A stretch of DNA of 64,000 nt from NCBI GenBank assembly GCA_964016885.1, contig OZ024742.1, positions 360,344,001-360,408,000 on the forward strand, given 5' to 3'. Each line of letters begins with the position of its first letter. Position 1 is the stretch's first letter. A program made the translations under genes and the position numbers. Of the stretch, positions 13,289 through 26,478 are shown piece after piece. This DNA comes from Eledone cirrhosa (Eukaryota). The notes under the pieces are model-generated. The model was not told where the DNA came from and did not search any database. It saw only the letters and a program-made list of their open reading frames with translations.

Positions 13289-14665
13289 CTACTCAAATCT
13301 ACTTCGGAGATCACGCATTGATGTAAAAAATCAATAAAACTGAAGCGGGGCTCGACTTTGCGCAAAAAAACAAGGCAAAGTTACACATGGGAAAACTTTT
13401 TACAGGAACGTCCTATATTCTTGAAAACTGTCACAAAAGACTCGCCATTATGCCGCGGTTAAGATAAAGGCCCTTTTAATTCTTCTTCTGCACATGTGAG
13501 CGCAAAAATTGTAAATAAAAAAGAACACTGAAAGTAATCGACATTTTCACCCTGCTTTAAATTAACTGAACATTCAATATCAAGCGATTTTGACTTCCGT
13601 CAGTCGTGCAGAGAACAATTTCAACGATGCACTGTGTAACTACAATTAATAAATTACACACCTGTGTCTACTAACCTATTTTTTTTCATTGAAGTTCGAA
13701 GTTTTGAACCTGTGATGCGCGGGAAGTAACTTTCACACATTCTAACAGACCAAAGGTCGACTTACACCCGGGCAACGCCGGGTACTTCTGCTAGTTATAT
13801 ATAAACTGCACTAGGAGAAAATTAATGACGGAAATATATGAATGTTTATTTAAGCGATCGCTAACCGGAAGTGTTGACATTTGAAAATTTTAAAGAAGTG
13901 AATCTTAAAATAACCAACAAAATTATTTATATTTAATCAAGAATATCGAAATTTAGTAGATAAATTATGTAATATTCATTCCTTATTTATTCAAAGTAAT
14001 CCAACTTATTTTACAAACGGGATAAAACAATATATTCTGGACGCAGTCCCGCACCCCTTGCTTTATTATTATAGTTTAGATACTAACTTAACATATGGAA
14101 GATTTTAATTTGAATAGGAACAACTTTAAAATGGATAATTTGTATCATAGAACCAGAGCCAATATTTTGCCATGTTGGTGTCTGAAGAGTTAGTGGTGCC
14201 AATTAAGGTTCGACTTGTTAGAAATAGTAGCGAAATTTCCCTCAAATCACTCTATGGCATGTTCAGATATCACTAAATAGATGGGATGGTCATGGGTGGA
14301 AAGTAATTTTATCGTTAAACATCTTAATGTTTGTTTTCACTATAAATAGTATTTCGCAATCATGTTAACTGTGTTTGTTTTTCATATATTCTATTTAAAT
14401 TCTTTGACGCTATTTTGTGATATCCGTATTTTTAATTTTATTTTATCAGCTCAGCATTCTTGAAGTTCGCAGAAGTTTCGAGTTTCATTGTGACATCTGT
14501 GATCTAAACTAACTTTCAAAAACATTCCAAGTCGTCAAATAATGTAAAGAAACTCTCCTTAAGTATTTCATAAGAAACTCTGACGATATATACTGGCTCA
14601 ACCAAAACCTACACCACCCTTTAAAAACTGAATAGCTGTTTTATGTATTCCCTAAATGAAATAAA

Positions 14666-14846
14666 TGTTTCTACTTTTGGCACAAAGCCAGCAATTACCC
14701 CAGTACATTACTGGTACTTTATTTTATCGACCTCGTAAGGATGAAAGGCAAAGTTAACCTCGGCGGGATTTGAACACAAACCGTAAAGGGCCGTAACTCT
14801 TTGCTGCAAAGCATGGCGTCCGACCCTCTACCGATACTGCCAATCT
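14666..14846 (-). mobile_element. SINE family A
   Basis: Near full-length match. Confidence 0.85.
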
Positions 14847-15139
14847 ACAACACATTGGCATATTGTTGGATAATACATGTGTCCCTATTCGTTTTTTGGG
14901 GTGTAGGGATACATACTTTATTATTATTAATCTCCCCCTGGCCGAGATGAAATTTGGTCGTTTTGACTACTGCTATTTATAGTGGTAGTAGATTGACCTC
15001 CCTGCCTCTGCCTTCTATCTTTGCACACGGCACTGGACAGAATTACTTCCACATCATTCATTCTCATCTCGGGAACAATTTTGAATAGCGCCAGTTCGTA
15101 ATTTGAACTCGGGAATTTTATATTCTCCGAGTGAAAAGA

Positions 15140-15226
15140 ACCTTCTGACGAGAGTTTATCTTTTCAATGGAAGGCCGCAAAGACTATCCATTTATTTTTG
15201 AGACTCGAAACCGATTCGGTAAAGGT
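15140..15226 (+). ncRNA. Canonical type I hammerhead ribozyme
   Basis: ACCUU-CUGACGA-GAGUUU..AGACUC-GAAA-CCG auu CGG-UA-AAGGU: all three helices intact. Confidence 0.85.
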
Positions 15227-15293
15227 AACCATAGTAAGTACAGTGGATTTTTTGAAATTTATTTTGAAACTTTTTCTTATTTGCTAAACCTTG

Positions 15294-15371
<78 letters not shown>

Positions 15372-15376
15372 TATAT

Positions 15377-15615
15377 AATATAAAATGAAAAATCAGTGAT
15401 GCATCTGAACTCAATTTATTGTGTGTACAGCTCGGACAGATCCACACAATAAACGCGTCTCGAGCCGTCCGCCGGCGAAACATTTGTAACACACAATAAA
15501 TTGAGTTCAGATGCATCACTGATTTTTCGTTTTATATTATATCATACTCTGCTCTGTAAGAGCATAGAGTGCTCAACCGGTATACCGCCTATGGAAGCAT
15601 CTTAGCTACCATCAG

Positions 15616-15617
<2 letters not shown>
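15377..15617. mobile_element. Fold-back PLE-terminus element (family C)
   Basis: Arms 15377-15430 and 15486-15540; tail ATACTCTGCTCTGTAAGAGC shared with 51776 and similar at 60982; GAAACAUUUGUA half-ribozyme. Confidence 0.7.
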
Positions 15618-15652
<35 letters not shown>

Positions 15653-15658
<6 letters not shown>

Positions 15659-15699
15659 ATTATTTCGGATGTACAACACTACGTATTCATCAGATAAAA
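15653..15699 (-). ncRNA. Degenerate hammerhead motif at the end of an AT-rich element (about 15655-17340)
   Basis: UUUUAU-CUGAUGA..CC-GAAA-UAAUUAUA, running into the TA tract; related to the 23915 and 52348 family. Confidence 0.55.
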
Positions 15700-17442
15700 T
15701 ATAATGATACATGACATACCCTGAGATGTTAAATGGTTAAGATTTAATCAAGGTAGTGATTAACCCAAGAGAAAATTTTACTTATATTCTATTTATGAGA
15801 AGATGCAAAAACGTAATAAATTCATTAGAGAATGTGTGAGTAATAAAAAAACGTTGCATATTGTAACTGTTCTAAAAGTTTTAAAGTGTATGATACTACA
15901 ATATATCTAGGAAAACGTCTCATGAATCATAACAGCCAGTGATATCCACTGGAAAAGGATTTATAAAGAGGGAAAAATAAAGTGTGTGTGTGTGTGGGGG
16001 GGGGGTGATATATGCAGAAGGAGATTTTTTTGAAAGTTATACGGTTAAATTTGAAAATATTTAATTTAATTTATAATGTTAGGGTGAAGACTCCAGATTT
16101 CAAGATTATTTGGTGGTTATTTATATATTATTTTTATAAATTCGATAAGTGTGTTATCATTTCTAAACTTCTGAATTTTATGAGGGTAACATTTAAAGGA
16201 TTTAGCTGGCACATAAAGAATGAAATATTATACTGTTGATTATTTAACTAAATTCAAAGTTTAACAAATATACCAACATATTAGGTATGTAAAGCTTTTG
16301 AAGTACTTATTGTTATAAATATTTAAATAACTATTATGTATATAGGTATATATTAATGAGCCAGTATGTTTAAGGTAAATAATAACGACGAAGATAAGAA
16401 TAAAATAAGATAATATATTGAAGGATGTTAAGGATAAATATATACCTATGTATAACTGGGTGTAAATGCACTAATTATTCTTCAACCAAGATATCAACAT
16501 ATTATTAGATACAGGGATGTATATATATATATAGATATATATTAGGTATTATTAGTGTAGTATACTTTAGGTAAATGATAACAGTTATAAACTTATCAAC
16601 ATGTCACATTTAAATATATATATATATACATATAAGAAAAACAACAATGAGTGCATGGATAATACAGAGTTCAAAATAATGTCTATAATAATTTTTAGTT
16701 TGGATATTTTCTCTATATTTGAATCATATATATAGAAATGTGGTAGGTATATTTTAAAATATTTAAAAATATATAAAATATAATATGTAACTACATATAT
16801 ATTATAATACATTATATTATAAATAAATAAGAGATCGAAAGCGCAGCAAAAAATTCACATTTATATATAAGTTTGAACCCGTCGCAAATTTTAGATTTTA
16901 TAGTGCAGTAAATATATTCAAAAGAAATATATGCTATATTATACTATAAATAATAGATCAAAAACTCATTAAAAATTTGGAGTTATAGATAAGTTTCATA
17001 AACATTTATGGATTGGGTATTAAACTAAAATTTAAAAGAGATCACAAATTTATTAAAAATTCACAGTTAAATAAATTCCGTAAATATGTAAGGATTAGGT
17101 ATTATACTAAATTATAGGCATAGATAGGAAGATAGATAGAGAAATAAGGAGATAAAGAAATGATGGTATTGATCAAAGTTAACAAATAATGTTGTGTGTA
17201 TCAATGTTTAGGCATGTTTTATTAAAACTTATATTTTAATATTAATAACTCTAGAAAATTATTTTTCGTTGAGTGCTTCCAATTTACTGTAAAACTCATT
17301 CTTTGACATAATCATTGAATATTGTTTAACACTTTAATGTATATATATATATAGGAAAGGAGTCAGGACCCCGACGTAATTATATATGTATATATATATA
17401 CATTGAACCCGGGATAAACTTATATATATATATATATATATA

Positions 17443-19218
17443 TAACTTTGATGACTTTGATAAGTTTCGGCCAGTATTGGCCCAGGCCATGTCTAACTTA
17501 ATATCACCACCTGGCGAAGTCTTACAAATCAGAGTTTGGGCACCATGGCCCACTCGAGCAGAGAGTTATTGTTTACGAAGGCATATCCGGGTGTAGGAGG
17601 CTTATCCGTGATTTCTTGAAAGAATTTATCCAAAGATTTCTTGAATTTGATGGGGTCTGTCTCTGCTTTGATGTGTCTTGGTGTAATGTTAAAGAGTGCA
17701 GGGCCAATTGAGGTGAAATAATTGTGCCGTATTGTTGTTATGTGATGAGAGTGAGATTTTTCTCATGGGCGGATAGCACGGGGCCCAAGCCTTGGGTGTA
17801 CACTAAAGGTGATGCCAACATCATTTGGGCAAAGCTGATGGAATATTTTCCACATCATACAGATAATGTAGCGCTCACGGCGTCGTTGGAGAGAATACAG
17901 TCTGAGTTGTTCTAATCGACTCCAAAAGTCAAGGCCTGTCATGCCATCTATCTTTTTTGTAATTGACCTTTGAGGGGCTTCAACTTTCATGGTACTTTGT
18001 TTCGTGTGAGGTGACCACAGTGGACAACTGTATTGAAGGTGGAGTCGGGCAAAAGTGGAGAAGAGAAGGATAACAGTGTGGATATCTCTCGACTGGAAAG
18101 TTCTAAGAATCCAGGAACACATTCTGCGGGCCATATCAACTTTGCTGTTCATATGAGTGGCCCAGCTTATGTTGTTGTCCACAATTACTCCCAGCTCTCT
18201 GATGTTATTGGATGCCACTAGAGTTTCACCCGAAGGAAGAGAGTATGGTAGTTTCAGGGCATCCTTTTTTCCAAAGTGGATTAATTCAAATTTATCCTCA
18301 TTCAACAGCATATTATTCATTTCTACCCATTGGATAACAGCCAGTAGGTCTGACTGAAGGCAAGTCCGGTCACCCACCTCATTGATGACCCTTTGGAGCT
18401 TGGAATCATCTGCGAAGATTCTGATGTTGCTGTGATTGATGATGTCAGTAATGTCATTAATGTAGATGATGAAAAGAAGTGGGCCCAACCCAGTGCCTTG
18501 TGGAACGCCACTGCTGACTTTGGCAGGGCTTGATTTTACTCCTTCGACTACAACATACTGGGTTCTGCCTGTCAGGAAACATTTGATCCACTGTAGTAAC
18601 CTTCCAGAGACACCAACATTGGATAGTATTTTCAGTAGAATCTTATGATCAACCCTGTCGAAGTCAAGGTAGATGACAACAGTGTTGGAGCCCTCTCTCA
18701 AGGCTCTCAAAACATTGTCAAAGTGATGCAGGAGCTGCGTTAGGCAGTCCCTTCCATTACGGAACCCATGTTGGTTGGAGTTCAACAGGCCGTTGCTTTC
18801 AAGAAAGTGGGTTATTCGTGATCTCACCACCCTCTCAAATACCTTGATAATATGAGAGGTGAGTGAGATCGGACGGTAGTTCACTGCAAGGGACTTATTT
18901 CCCTTTTTGAAGACTGGCACAACATACTGTGACAGAAAGTTTTCAGGAATATAGCCAGTGTCCAGTGAGTTCCTCCACAGCTTAGCAAGAGGAGATGCAC
19001 TGAAGGTGTCGACACACCTTCAGGACACAAGCAGGGAACCTGTCAGGGCCTACTGCTGAATTGTGTTTAATTTCGTTTATTGCCGCTAAGACATCAGGGG
19101 CGCCAAACGTTATGTCTGATATAGTGTGTTGGGGATAAACATCACTGATACTGCCCAGATCGGCCATATCAGGATTGCTGAAAACAGAGCAGTATGGTTT
19201 CTGCAGAATCTCGCCCAT
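17443..19218 (-). mobile_element. 5'-truncated CR1/L2-group non-LTR retrotransposon
   Basis: RT ORF plus 3' UTR ending in short TATCAAAGT-like repeats next to (TA)n. Confidence 0.9.
17763..18920 (-). pseudogene. LINE ORF2 reverse transcriptase domain, damaged
   Basis: NYRPISLTS, QHGFR, YLDF-DRVDH (the usual xKAF is deleted), SGVPQG..LGPLLF, FADD, SLQRRR; premature stop. Confidence 0.93.
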
Positions 19219-19242
19219 ATGTATGTATGTATATATATATCG

Positions 19243-19763
19243 ATTACAAAAAAGATAGATGGCATGACAGGCCTTGACCTTTGGAGAGAATAAGAAAAGC
19301 TCAAACTTTATTCTCTCCAACGTTGCCGTGAGCGCTACATTATCTGCATGATGTTGAAAATATTCCATTAGCTTTGCCCAAATAATGTTGGCATCACCTT
19401 TAATGTACACCCAAGGCTTGGGCCCCGTGCTCTCTGCCCACAACAAAAATCTCACTCGCATCACATAACAACAATACGGCACAATTATTTCACCTCAATT
19501 GGCTCTGCACTCTTTAACATTACACCAAAACACATCAAAGCAGAGACAGACCCCATCAAGTTCAAGAAGTCTTTGGATAAATTCCTTCAAGAAATCCCGG
19601 ATAAGCCTCCTACACCCGGATATGCCTCCGTAAACAATAACTCTCTGCTCGAGTGGGCCATGGTGCCCTAACCCTGATTTGTAAGACTCCGCCAGGTGGT
19701 GCTATTAAGTTAAACATGGCCTGGGGCAATACTGGTCGAAACCTATCAAAGTTATCAAAGTTA
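19243..19763 (+). mobile_element. Second, opposite-strand 3' fragment of the same LINE family
   Basis: Diverged reverse-complement match to 17443-17962; same terminal repeats. Confidence 0.88.
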
Positions 19764-19942
19764 TATATATATACATACTTACATATATATATAAGAATTA
19801 AAATACTAGAGTGCGTTGGAGTAAAACACACTCGTTATATTATAGAAATGACAGTATAGGATATAGCTCAATGTAATACAACAGAGCCGAAAAATTATAA
19901 AAATAGACAAAGAAGCCTTCAATACATCAAAAGTCTTTATTA

Positions 19943-19983
19943 GCCTACAATGTTTCGTCCCATTAATAAGGACTCATCAGGGC
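19943..19983 (-). ncRNA. Minimal type I hammerhead ribozyme
   Basis: GCC-CUGAUGA-GUCCuuauuaaugGGAC-GAAAC auu GUA-GGC. Confidence 0.85.
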
Positions 19984-21666
19984 AATTAAACAGATAAGAA
20001 GCATTAACGGCCAGAACAAGCCAAAACTCAGAAGAATAGGGAATTCATATCTATGAAAGCTTATGAGAGATATGAAGGAAAAGCATGCTAAAGCTAAAAG
20101 TTTGCAGTTACAAAAATAGATTATATTGCAAGGAAGTGAGTAAAATGTCAAACCAACGTTGAAATTACAGTATGATACAAATACATTAAATACAACATGG
20201 TAATATAATATGAGAATTACAATACAATATAATGGGTAATAAAGCTTAATATATGTATATATATATATATCCATATATATATATACATTTACACAAACAC
20301 ATACTAACACTTAATAAGTATAAATATACTTTTTATAATATAAAATAAAAACACCCTGACGGTGCGCATAAACTATACAAAAAATAAACTATACAAAAAA
20401 TAAGCTATACAAGAAATAATATAATAATATACAGACATCAAAAATATACAAAACTTCATCAAACATATCACTTAATGTCAACAAGTTGTATATAAAGTTA
20501 TACACAGGGCAAGAAAAAATATCTTAATAAAACTGGAGTATGTTGAAAAATATATATATATACATAAATACATAAGTACATAAAGTATTGATAATAAGTA
20601 TATAGGGGTATATGCAGTTTACATTTATAAAATATTACAAAGTATTATAAAATATAACAAAACAGTACCTTAAAAATCAGACATAAAATAATACGTATAA
20701 TTCCATTACATAGAAATAATATGATATATAAATATTAATATTATAATGATAAATAATATAATAATATAAAAATATAAAAGCAGACTGGCAGAGTCAATTG
20801 AAAATGTTTAAGAGATATTTACGCGAATAATATATTATATTAATATAGGGAGGCAAGTTATTATGTAAAGCATATTATAGGAAGACAAAGCAGCAAGTGG
20901 TAGTGAAGAAGTAATGATGATGATGATGATAGGACGACAGACATGAAGTGGTAGTAAAAAAAGTAAATAAAATAAAATAAAACGAAGAACAAAAACAAAA
21001 AACAAAAACAAGCACAGTACGTAGGTATAACGATTCATTATGTAAATATAGAAGGTATTATTATTCTAAACTAAAGAGTTGAATAGAAAACCTTATTAAA
21101 TTAATAAATATTAAAATTGCCTAAAGGATATTATTAGTAAGTCTAAATGGAATAAAGTTTAAGTCATCAAAGTCGTATAAAATTAGGATATTTCAATAAA
21201 AACTATAATATAATATATATTACGGTCCGATCAGATGAATTACGTTATCAAAGAAAAAAACTCTAAATAAAACTATGGTAGACCAATGGGAACAGAAAGA
21301 AGTGAAACTATGGAGGATAGGAAGGATCATAAAAGTAAAAGTTAATATATAATATAATATAATAAAAAGGAGTACAAAAGTAGAATTAATATATAATATA
21401 ATAAAAAGGGACGAATATGAAGTGTGTAAAGGAGGAGGTTCATTAGTTTTAGATGTAGGAGACTCAAAATTAAACTATTCAATAAGATACAAACTTACTA
21501 GGCGATAATATTGAGTAAAAATGTAATAATGTTTAAGATGATAGATATGGTAAGGTAGCTAATACCACTATGAAAACTAAAATTCGAAAATCGAAGCAAC
21601 CGTAGAAACTTAATAATAATGGTAATAAAAATGAACTAAAACCAAAGAGATAGGTAAATATAGCAG

Positions 21667-21998
21667 CTAATGGATACGGTTTAAACTACCGGAACTTTTA
21701 GGTCTATAATAGAAGAAAGAATTAGAAATGGCATGCGGACAGGAAGAAAATATCTCAGATTTTCTATTAAGCAATATGCTCCTAGAGAAAATTATAGAAT
21801 GGGTCTCTAGGATACAAAGATTACAGAATTTAGTGTGTGTTGATAGGTGATTAGAGTGTGCTACTATTCGCCAAATTAGGCGATATGGTATACCAGCCCC
21901 TTTTAAATCCCAGATATGGTGTGCCAAAGAAGTAGAGTTCTTAAACTTGATATGCTTAAAATTAGAAATATGTGAATTAAACCTAGTTTTAAAAGTAT
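21667..21998 (-). pseudogene. GIY-YIG endonuclease C-terminal fragment
   Basis: TFKTRFNSHISNFKH..STSLAHHIWDLK..CNLCILE..LLNRKSEIFSSCPH. Confidence 0.9.
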
Positions 21999-22008
21999 TA
22001 GTTTAATT

Positions 22009-22049
22009 GCCCTGATGAGTCCTTATTAATGGGACGAAACATTGTAGGC
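22009..22049 (+). ncRNA. Minimal type I hammerhead ribozyme (inverted pLTR copy)
   Basis: Exact reverse complement of 19943-19983. Confidence 0.85.
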
Positions 22050-22113
22050 TAATAAAGACTTTTGATGTATTGAAGGCTTCTTTGTCTATTTTTATAATTT
22101 TTATAATTTTATA

Positions 22114-22152
<39 letters not shown>

Positions 22153-22790
22153 TACATTATATATATGTTAACTTTGCCTTTCATCCTTACGGGTTCGATA
22201 AATAAAGTACCAGTAATGCACTGAGATAATTTCTGGCCTTGTTCCTAAAGTAGAAACAATTATATATATATATATATATGATTACATTATCAAATTCTAT
22301 TTAATGCTGTAAGATGTTAAATCAATGAGATTTAACTGATATTTCTAGCAGATCTAGTGGGTACATGAAGCCCCCTCGTTAGCAAGCATGTACATCAGTA
22401 TTATGTATGCATGTGGGTATGGATTCGTGTATGAGTGCTTTGTTCTTTTTGTGTTGTGTTGTTTATTTGTTGAGGGGTGGGTATCTGGTGTGGCATCAGT
22501 GCTGGCCACCTGCTAGGTAGCAAGGAGGAATGCTATTAAGGACAAAAGGTGGAAGAAGAATAGGAATAAGAAAAATAGGTGAGTGTCTAAGGTTGCTTTC
22601 GTGTCTTTTTTTTCATGACTGTTTTTTAGTGTACCTTGGGGTGGCCATGATAAAATATGTAGTACTCAGTACAATAGAAGTTGGGAAACTGAAAGTTGAA
22701 TGAGAGGTCATGTTGCCGGGAGCAGACGATAACATTGACTAACGTTTACATGTAGTGAATTCAGCAGCACACACACAGACACACACACAG

Positions 22791-22867
<77 letters not shown>

Positions 22868-23656
22868 GATACATACATAGATACATACATAGATACATAC
22901 ATACATATATAGATATACATACATACACACACACATACATAGACACATACCCGCACACACATATAACACATATAACATACATACACACATCAATGAGAGA
23001 GAGAGAGACATGAACACACACACACATATCACATACATGCACACATATATATAACTCATACAGAGAGAGAGATATATACATACACACTTACCTACCACAC
23101 TCAGATACACACACGCATACATACACACATATACACAAATAAATAAACACACGCACATACATACACACGCACGTATAAACCTACATATGCACTCTATATA
23201 TATATATACATGATATATATATATATATATATATATATACGCATCTAGAGAGGGCCAAATGTGCATGTATGTGTGTGCACGTGCGAATGTGTGTGAGTGT
23301 GCGTGTGTGTGTATGTGTGAATATGTGTGAGTGTGCGTGTGTGTATGTGTGTGCACGGGCGAATGTGTGTGTAAGTGTGTGTGTGTGTGTGTGTGTGTAC
23401 GTGCGAATGTGTGTGAGTATGTGCGTGTGAGTGTGAGTGTGCGTGCGCGTGCGCGTTAATTGTAAAAATTATCTCCTGTGATTATTCATGTTTATTTATA
23501 TGTTAATCAATTTCTAGTTATTATAAAATGCTCGGACCTACTCGTCAGAATCTTAGAGCTTATTTTGCGGGTGATATGGCGCATGTCTTTCTGGCATGAC
23601 ACCCATAATTTTGATTTAGATTAAATTCATTTGATTTATCTTAATTTTGGATATAG

Positions 23657-23768
<112 letters not shown>

Positions 23769-23914
23769 CCAAGATTCGTATGGTTCGTTGAATACTCCAT
23801 GAATACAATTTTACAATAGATTAAAAGCACTCAACAGTTAAAGTTTTCCTGGAGTTTTTAATATTATTCAAAATATTAACAAATGAAAAATGTTCTCATA
23901 ATCAAAATATATAC

Positions 23915-23975
23915 TTTATTATATATATTTCGGAGGTACTGTGTTGTTTTTTCAGTACGTCCTCATCAGACCAAA
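23915..23975 (-). ncRNA. Type I hammerhead motif
   Basis: CUGAUGA-GGAcGUACUG..CAGUACcUCC-GAAA-UAUAUA-UA-AUAAA; stem I weak. Confidence 0.7.
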
Positions 23976-24090
23976 TATATGATTTGATATATCACATACC
24001 CCTACGGTCTTGATTGTTCAATTCCAGTATTGGCAGTACTGGAATTGAACAATCAAGACCGTAGCGGTATGTCATATATCAAATCATATA

Positions 24091-24151
24091 TTTGGTCTGA
24101 TGAGGACGTACTGAAAAAACAACACAGTACCTCCGAAATATATATAATAAA
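24091..24151 (+). ncRNA. Type I hammerhead motif (mirror copy)
   Basis: Reverse complement of 23915-23975. Confidence 0.7.
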
Positions 24152-24297
24152 GTATATATTTTGATTATGAGAACATTTTACATTTGTTAATATTTTGAAT
24201 AATGTTAAAAACTCCAGGAAAACTTTAACTGTTGAGTGCTTCTAATCTATTGTAAAATTGTATTCATGGAGTATTCAACGAACCATACGAATCTTGG

Positions 24298-24331
<34 letters not shown>

Positions 24332-24596
24332 GGAAAACATGAAACGAGATTTCATTTCTCACTCTTAGTACGGCTGTTACTTAAATATAAGTATGTATAC
24401 GTACATACATATATGTATACAGACGTACAGTAGTATGTATATATATATATATACATGCACACATATATGTATATGTATGTATGGATTCACCGAACATTCA
24501 TTATAATGCTCGGTGTGTTTGTAAACAAACATCCCGAATTAAGCCGTACAGTGTCTAGCAACCATCGTTGCTCATTTGTTGAACACTGACAAAGGA

Positions 24597-24639
24597 ACGC
24601 TGTACTAGTTTCAAGCTTATTAGCTATCGTCAGCAACGT
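24597..24639 (-). ncRNA. Minimal type I hammerhead ribozyme
   Basis: ACGUUG-CUGACGA-uAGCU aaua AGCUu-GAAACUAGUA-CAGCGU. Confidence 0.75.
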
Positions 24640-24731
24640 ATACGTCGATATGCAAATTAGGCTGCTCAGCCGTTAATGTGCATAAGGAAAGTTTATACTT
24701 TCAGACGTTCAACCATCTGGCAGGAAGGTAT

Positions 24732-24774
24732 ACGTTGCTGACGATAGCTAATAAGCTTGAAACTAGTACAGCGT
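24732..24774 (+). ncRNA. Minimal type I hammerhead ribozyme (mirror copy)
   Basis: Reverse complement of 24597-24639. Confidence 0.75.
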
Positions 24775-24986
24775 TCCTTTGTCAGTGTTGAACAAATGAG
24801 CAACGATCGTTGCTAGACACTGTACGGCTTAATTCGGGATGTTTGTTTACAAACACACCGAACATTATAATGAATGTTCGGTGAATCCATACGTACATAT
24901 ATATATATGTGTGCATGTATGTATATATATATATATACATACTACTGTACGTCTGTATACATATATGTATGTACGTATATATACTT

Positions 24987-25059
<73 letters not shown>

Positions 25060-25228
25060 AGAATTAATATATCTAGTAACATATATATACACAGATGCAT
25101 ACTTATGCTAGCAAATATATAGGTTTTGTCTTAGTAACTTTGTGGTTCAATGCATGGGGATGCAGAACAATAATATGAGAGACGTAAAATAAGAAAATTA
25201 TAAAATTAACTTACTTACTAAAATTTCA

Positions 25229-25307
25229 CTCCAACTAATTAGTTTCTGAAAGGGAATAAACATAGTTTCCGAAGAAACGTACGGAGAAGCCTTTCGTCAT
25301 CAGGGAA
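25229..25307 (-). ncRNA. Hammerhead motif with large loop II
   Basis: UUCC-CUGAUGA-cGAAAGG...CCUUUCa-GAAA-CUA au UAG-UU-GGAG. Confidence 0.55.
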
Positions 25308-25892
25308 GTCTATTCTCAGCTAAGTTTCCAGGCAATACGTGGACACAGGGAACTTATACAAAAATAATTCAGTGGATGGAAAAAAGCAAAGCGTGGACTA
25401 AATTCCAAGCCATTGAAAAAATCACTGCCTACTGCGTCGGTGGCAAATTCAAAAGAATCAGTCACGTGACATCGAGGTCAATCAGTGAAGAGTGGTTTGT
25501 TAAGAAGACAGCAGCCGGACCGTTACTATAGTAGCAGTTTTGGCCAATTTTTGCTCGACAAAATAATTTGGAGATAATTATAAAGAATTAATATATCTAC
25601 TAACATATATATACACAGATGCATACTTATGCTAGCAAATATATAGGTTTTGTCTTAGTAACTTTGTAGTTCAAGTAAGTAAGTTAATTTTATAATTTTC
25701 TTATTTTACGTCTCTCATATTATTGTTCTGCATCCCCATGCCAAGTGATTGTTTATATATTGTCAAAGTTCTTTCGTCACACATTCTGTGACCTCTTCAG
25801 TGACTGGGGATTCTTTTCTTTGTTTTTGTGCCTCTCCTTTGTTCTGTCCTACGCCATCTTGTTTTTGTGACACAAAAACAAATTCAGAAACG

Positions 25893-25920
<28 letters not shown>

Positions 25921-25925
<5 letters not shown>

Positions 25926-26115
25926 AAAAAGTATGACCCCGACAGCAGAGCTCAAGCCGTTTCGACGGCTATTTCTGGACTCCAGAAATAGCCGTCAAAA
26001 CGGCTTGAGCTCTGCCGTCGGGGTCATACTTTTTCCTATTTCCAACTCTACTACCCTAAGTATTGAGTACTCTGGTGCGTTATGGTCCATCTGGTTCCTT
26101 ACCACAATTCCTTTG

Positions 26116-26118
<3 letters not shown>
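25921..26118. mobile_element. Fold-back element family D (59-bp hairpin plus about 80-bp tail) in (TA)n
   Basis: Arms 25921-25979 and 25981-26039; copies at 47859, 60317, 62319; fragment at 17352. Confidence 0.85.
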
Positions 26119-26187
<69 letters not shown>

Positions 26188-26327
26188 AAATATGAGAATA
26201 AACGTGCTGCGTGGTTGCAAATGGGAAAGCGATGAAATACCAATGATGGTTGGAAGATCACTGATGAAGGACTAACTTTATTCATATGTAACCCATTAGC
26301 AACCCGCAGCACGTTTTTCTCATATTT
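26188..26327. mobile_element. Short element family E with about 37-bp inverted ends, in (TA)n
   Basis: Related to 7594-7740 (+) and to 61722-61870 and 62248-62319 (-). Confidence 0.65.
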
Positions 26328-26404
<77 letters not shown>

Positions 26405-26409
26405 TATAT

Positions 26410-26478
<69 letters not shown>

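Larger units (their letters stand above)
11277..13794 (+). mobile_element. Non-autonomous Helitron
   Basis: 5' A|TCTATATATATAAA; 3' hairpin ACCCGG-gcaacg-CCGGGT followed by CTAG|T; sits between A and T with no TSD. Confidence 0.8.
19793..22103 (-). mobile_element. 5'-truncated Naiad-type Penelope-like element with inverted partial pLTR
   Basis: GIY-YIG C-terminal coding remnant 21667-21998 homologous to the ORF at 30118-32811; pLTR near 19793-20000; inverted copy at 22001-22103; TA flanks. Confidence 0.88.
24389..24987. mobile_element. Inverted-repeat PLE-terminus element, about 255-bp arms, about 85-bp spacer
   Basis: 24389-24643 versus 24728-24987. Confidence 0.88.

Noticed and set aside
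17724-19482. Antisense ORFs beginning MPYCCYVMRVRF
   Set aside because: Shadow frames of the two inverted LINE copies.
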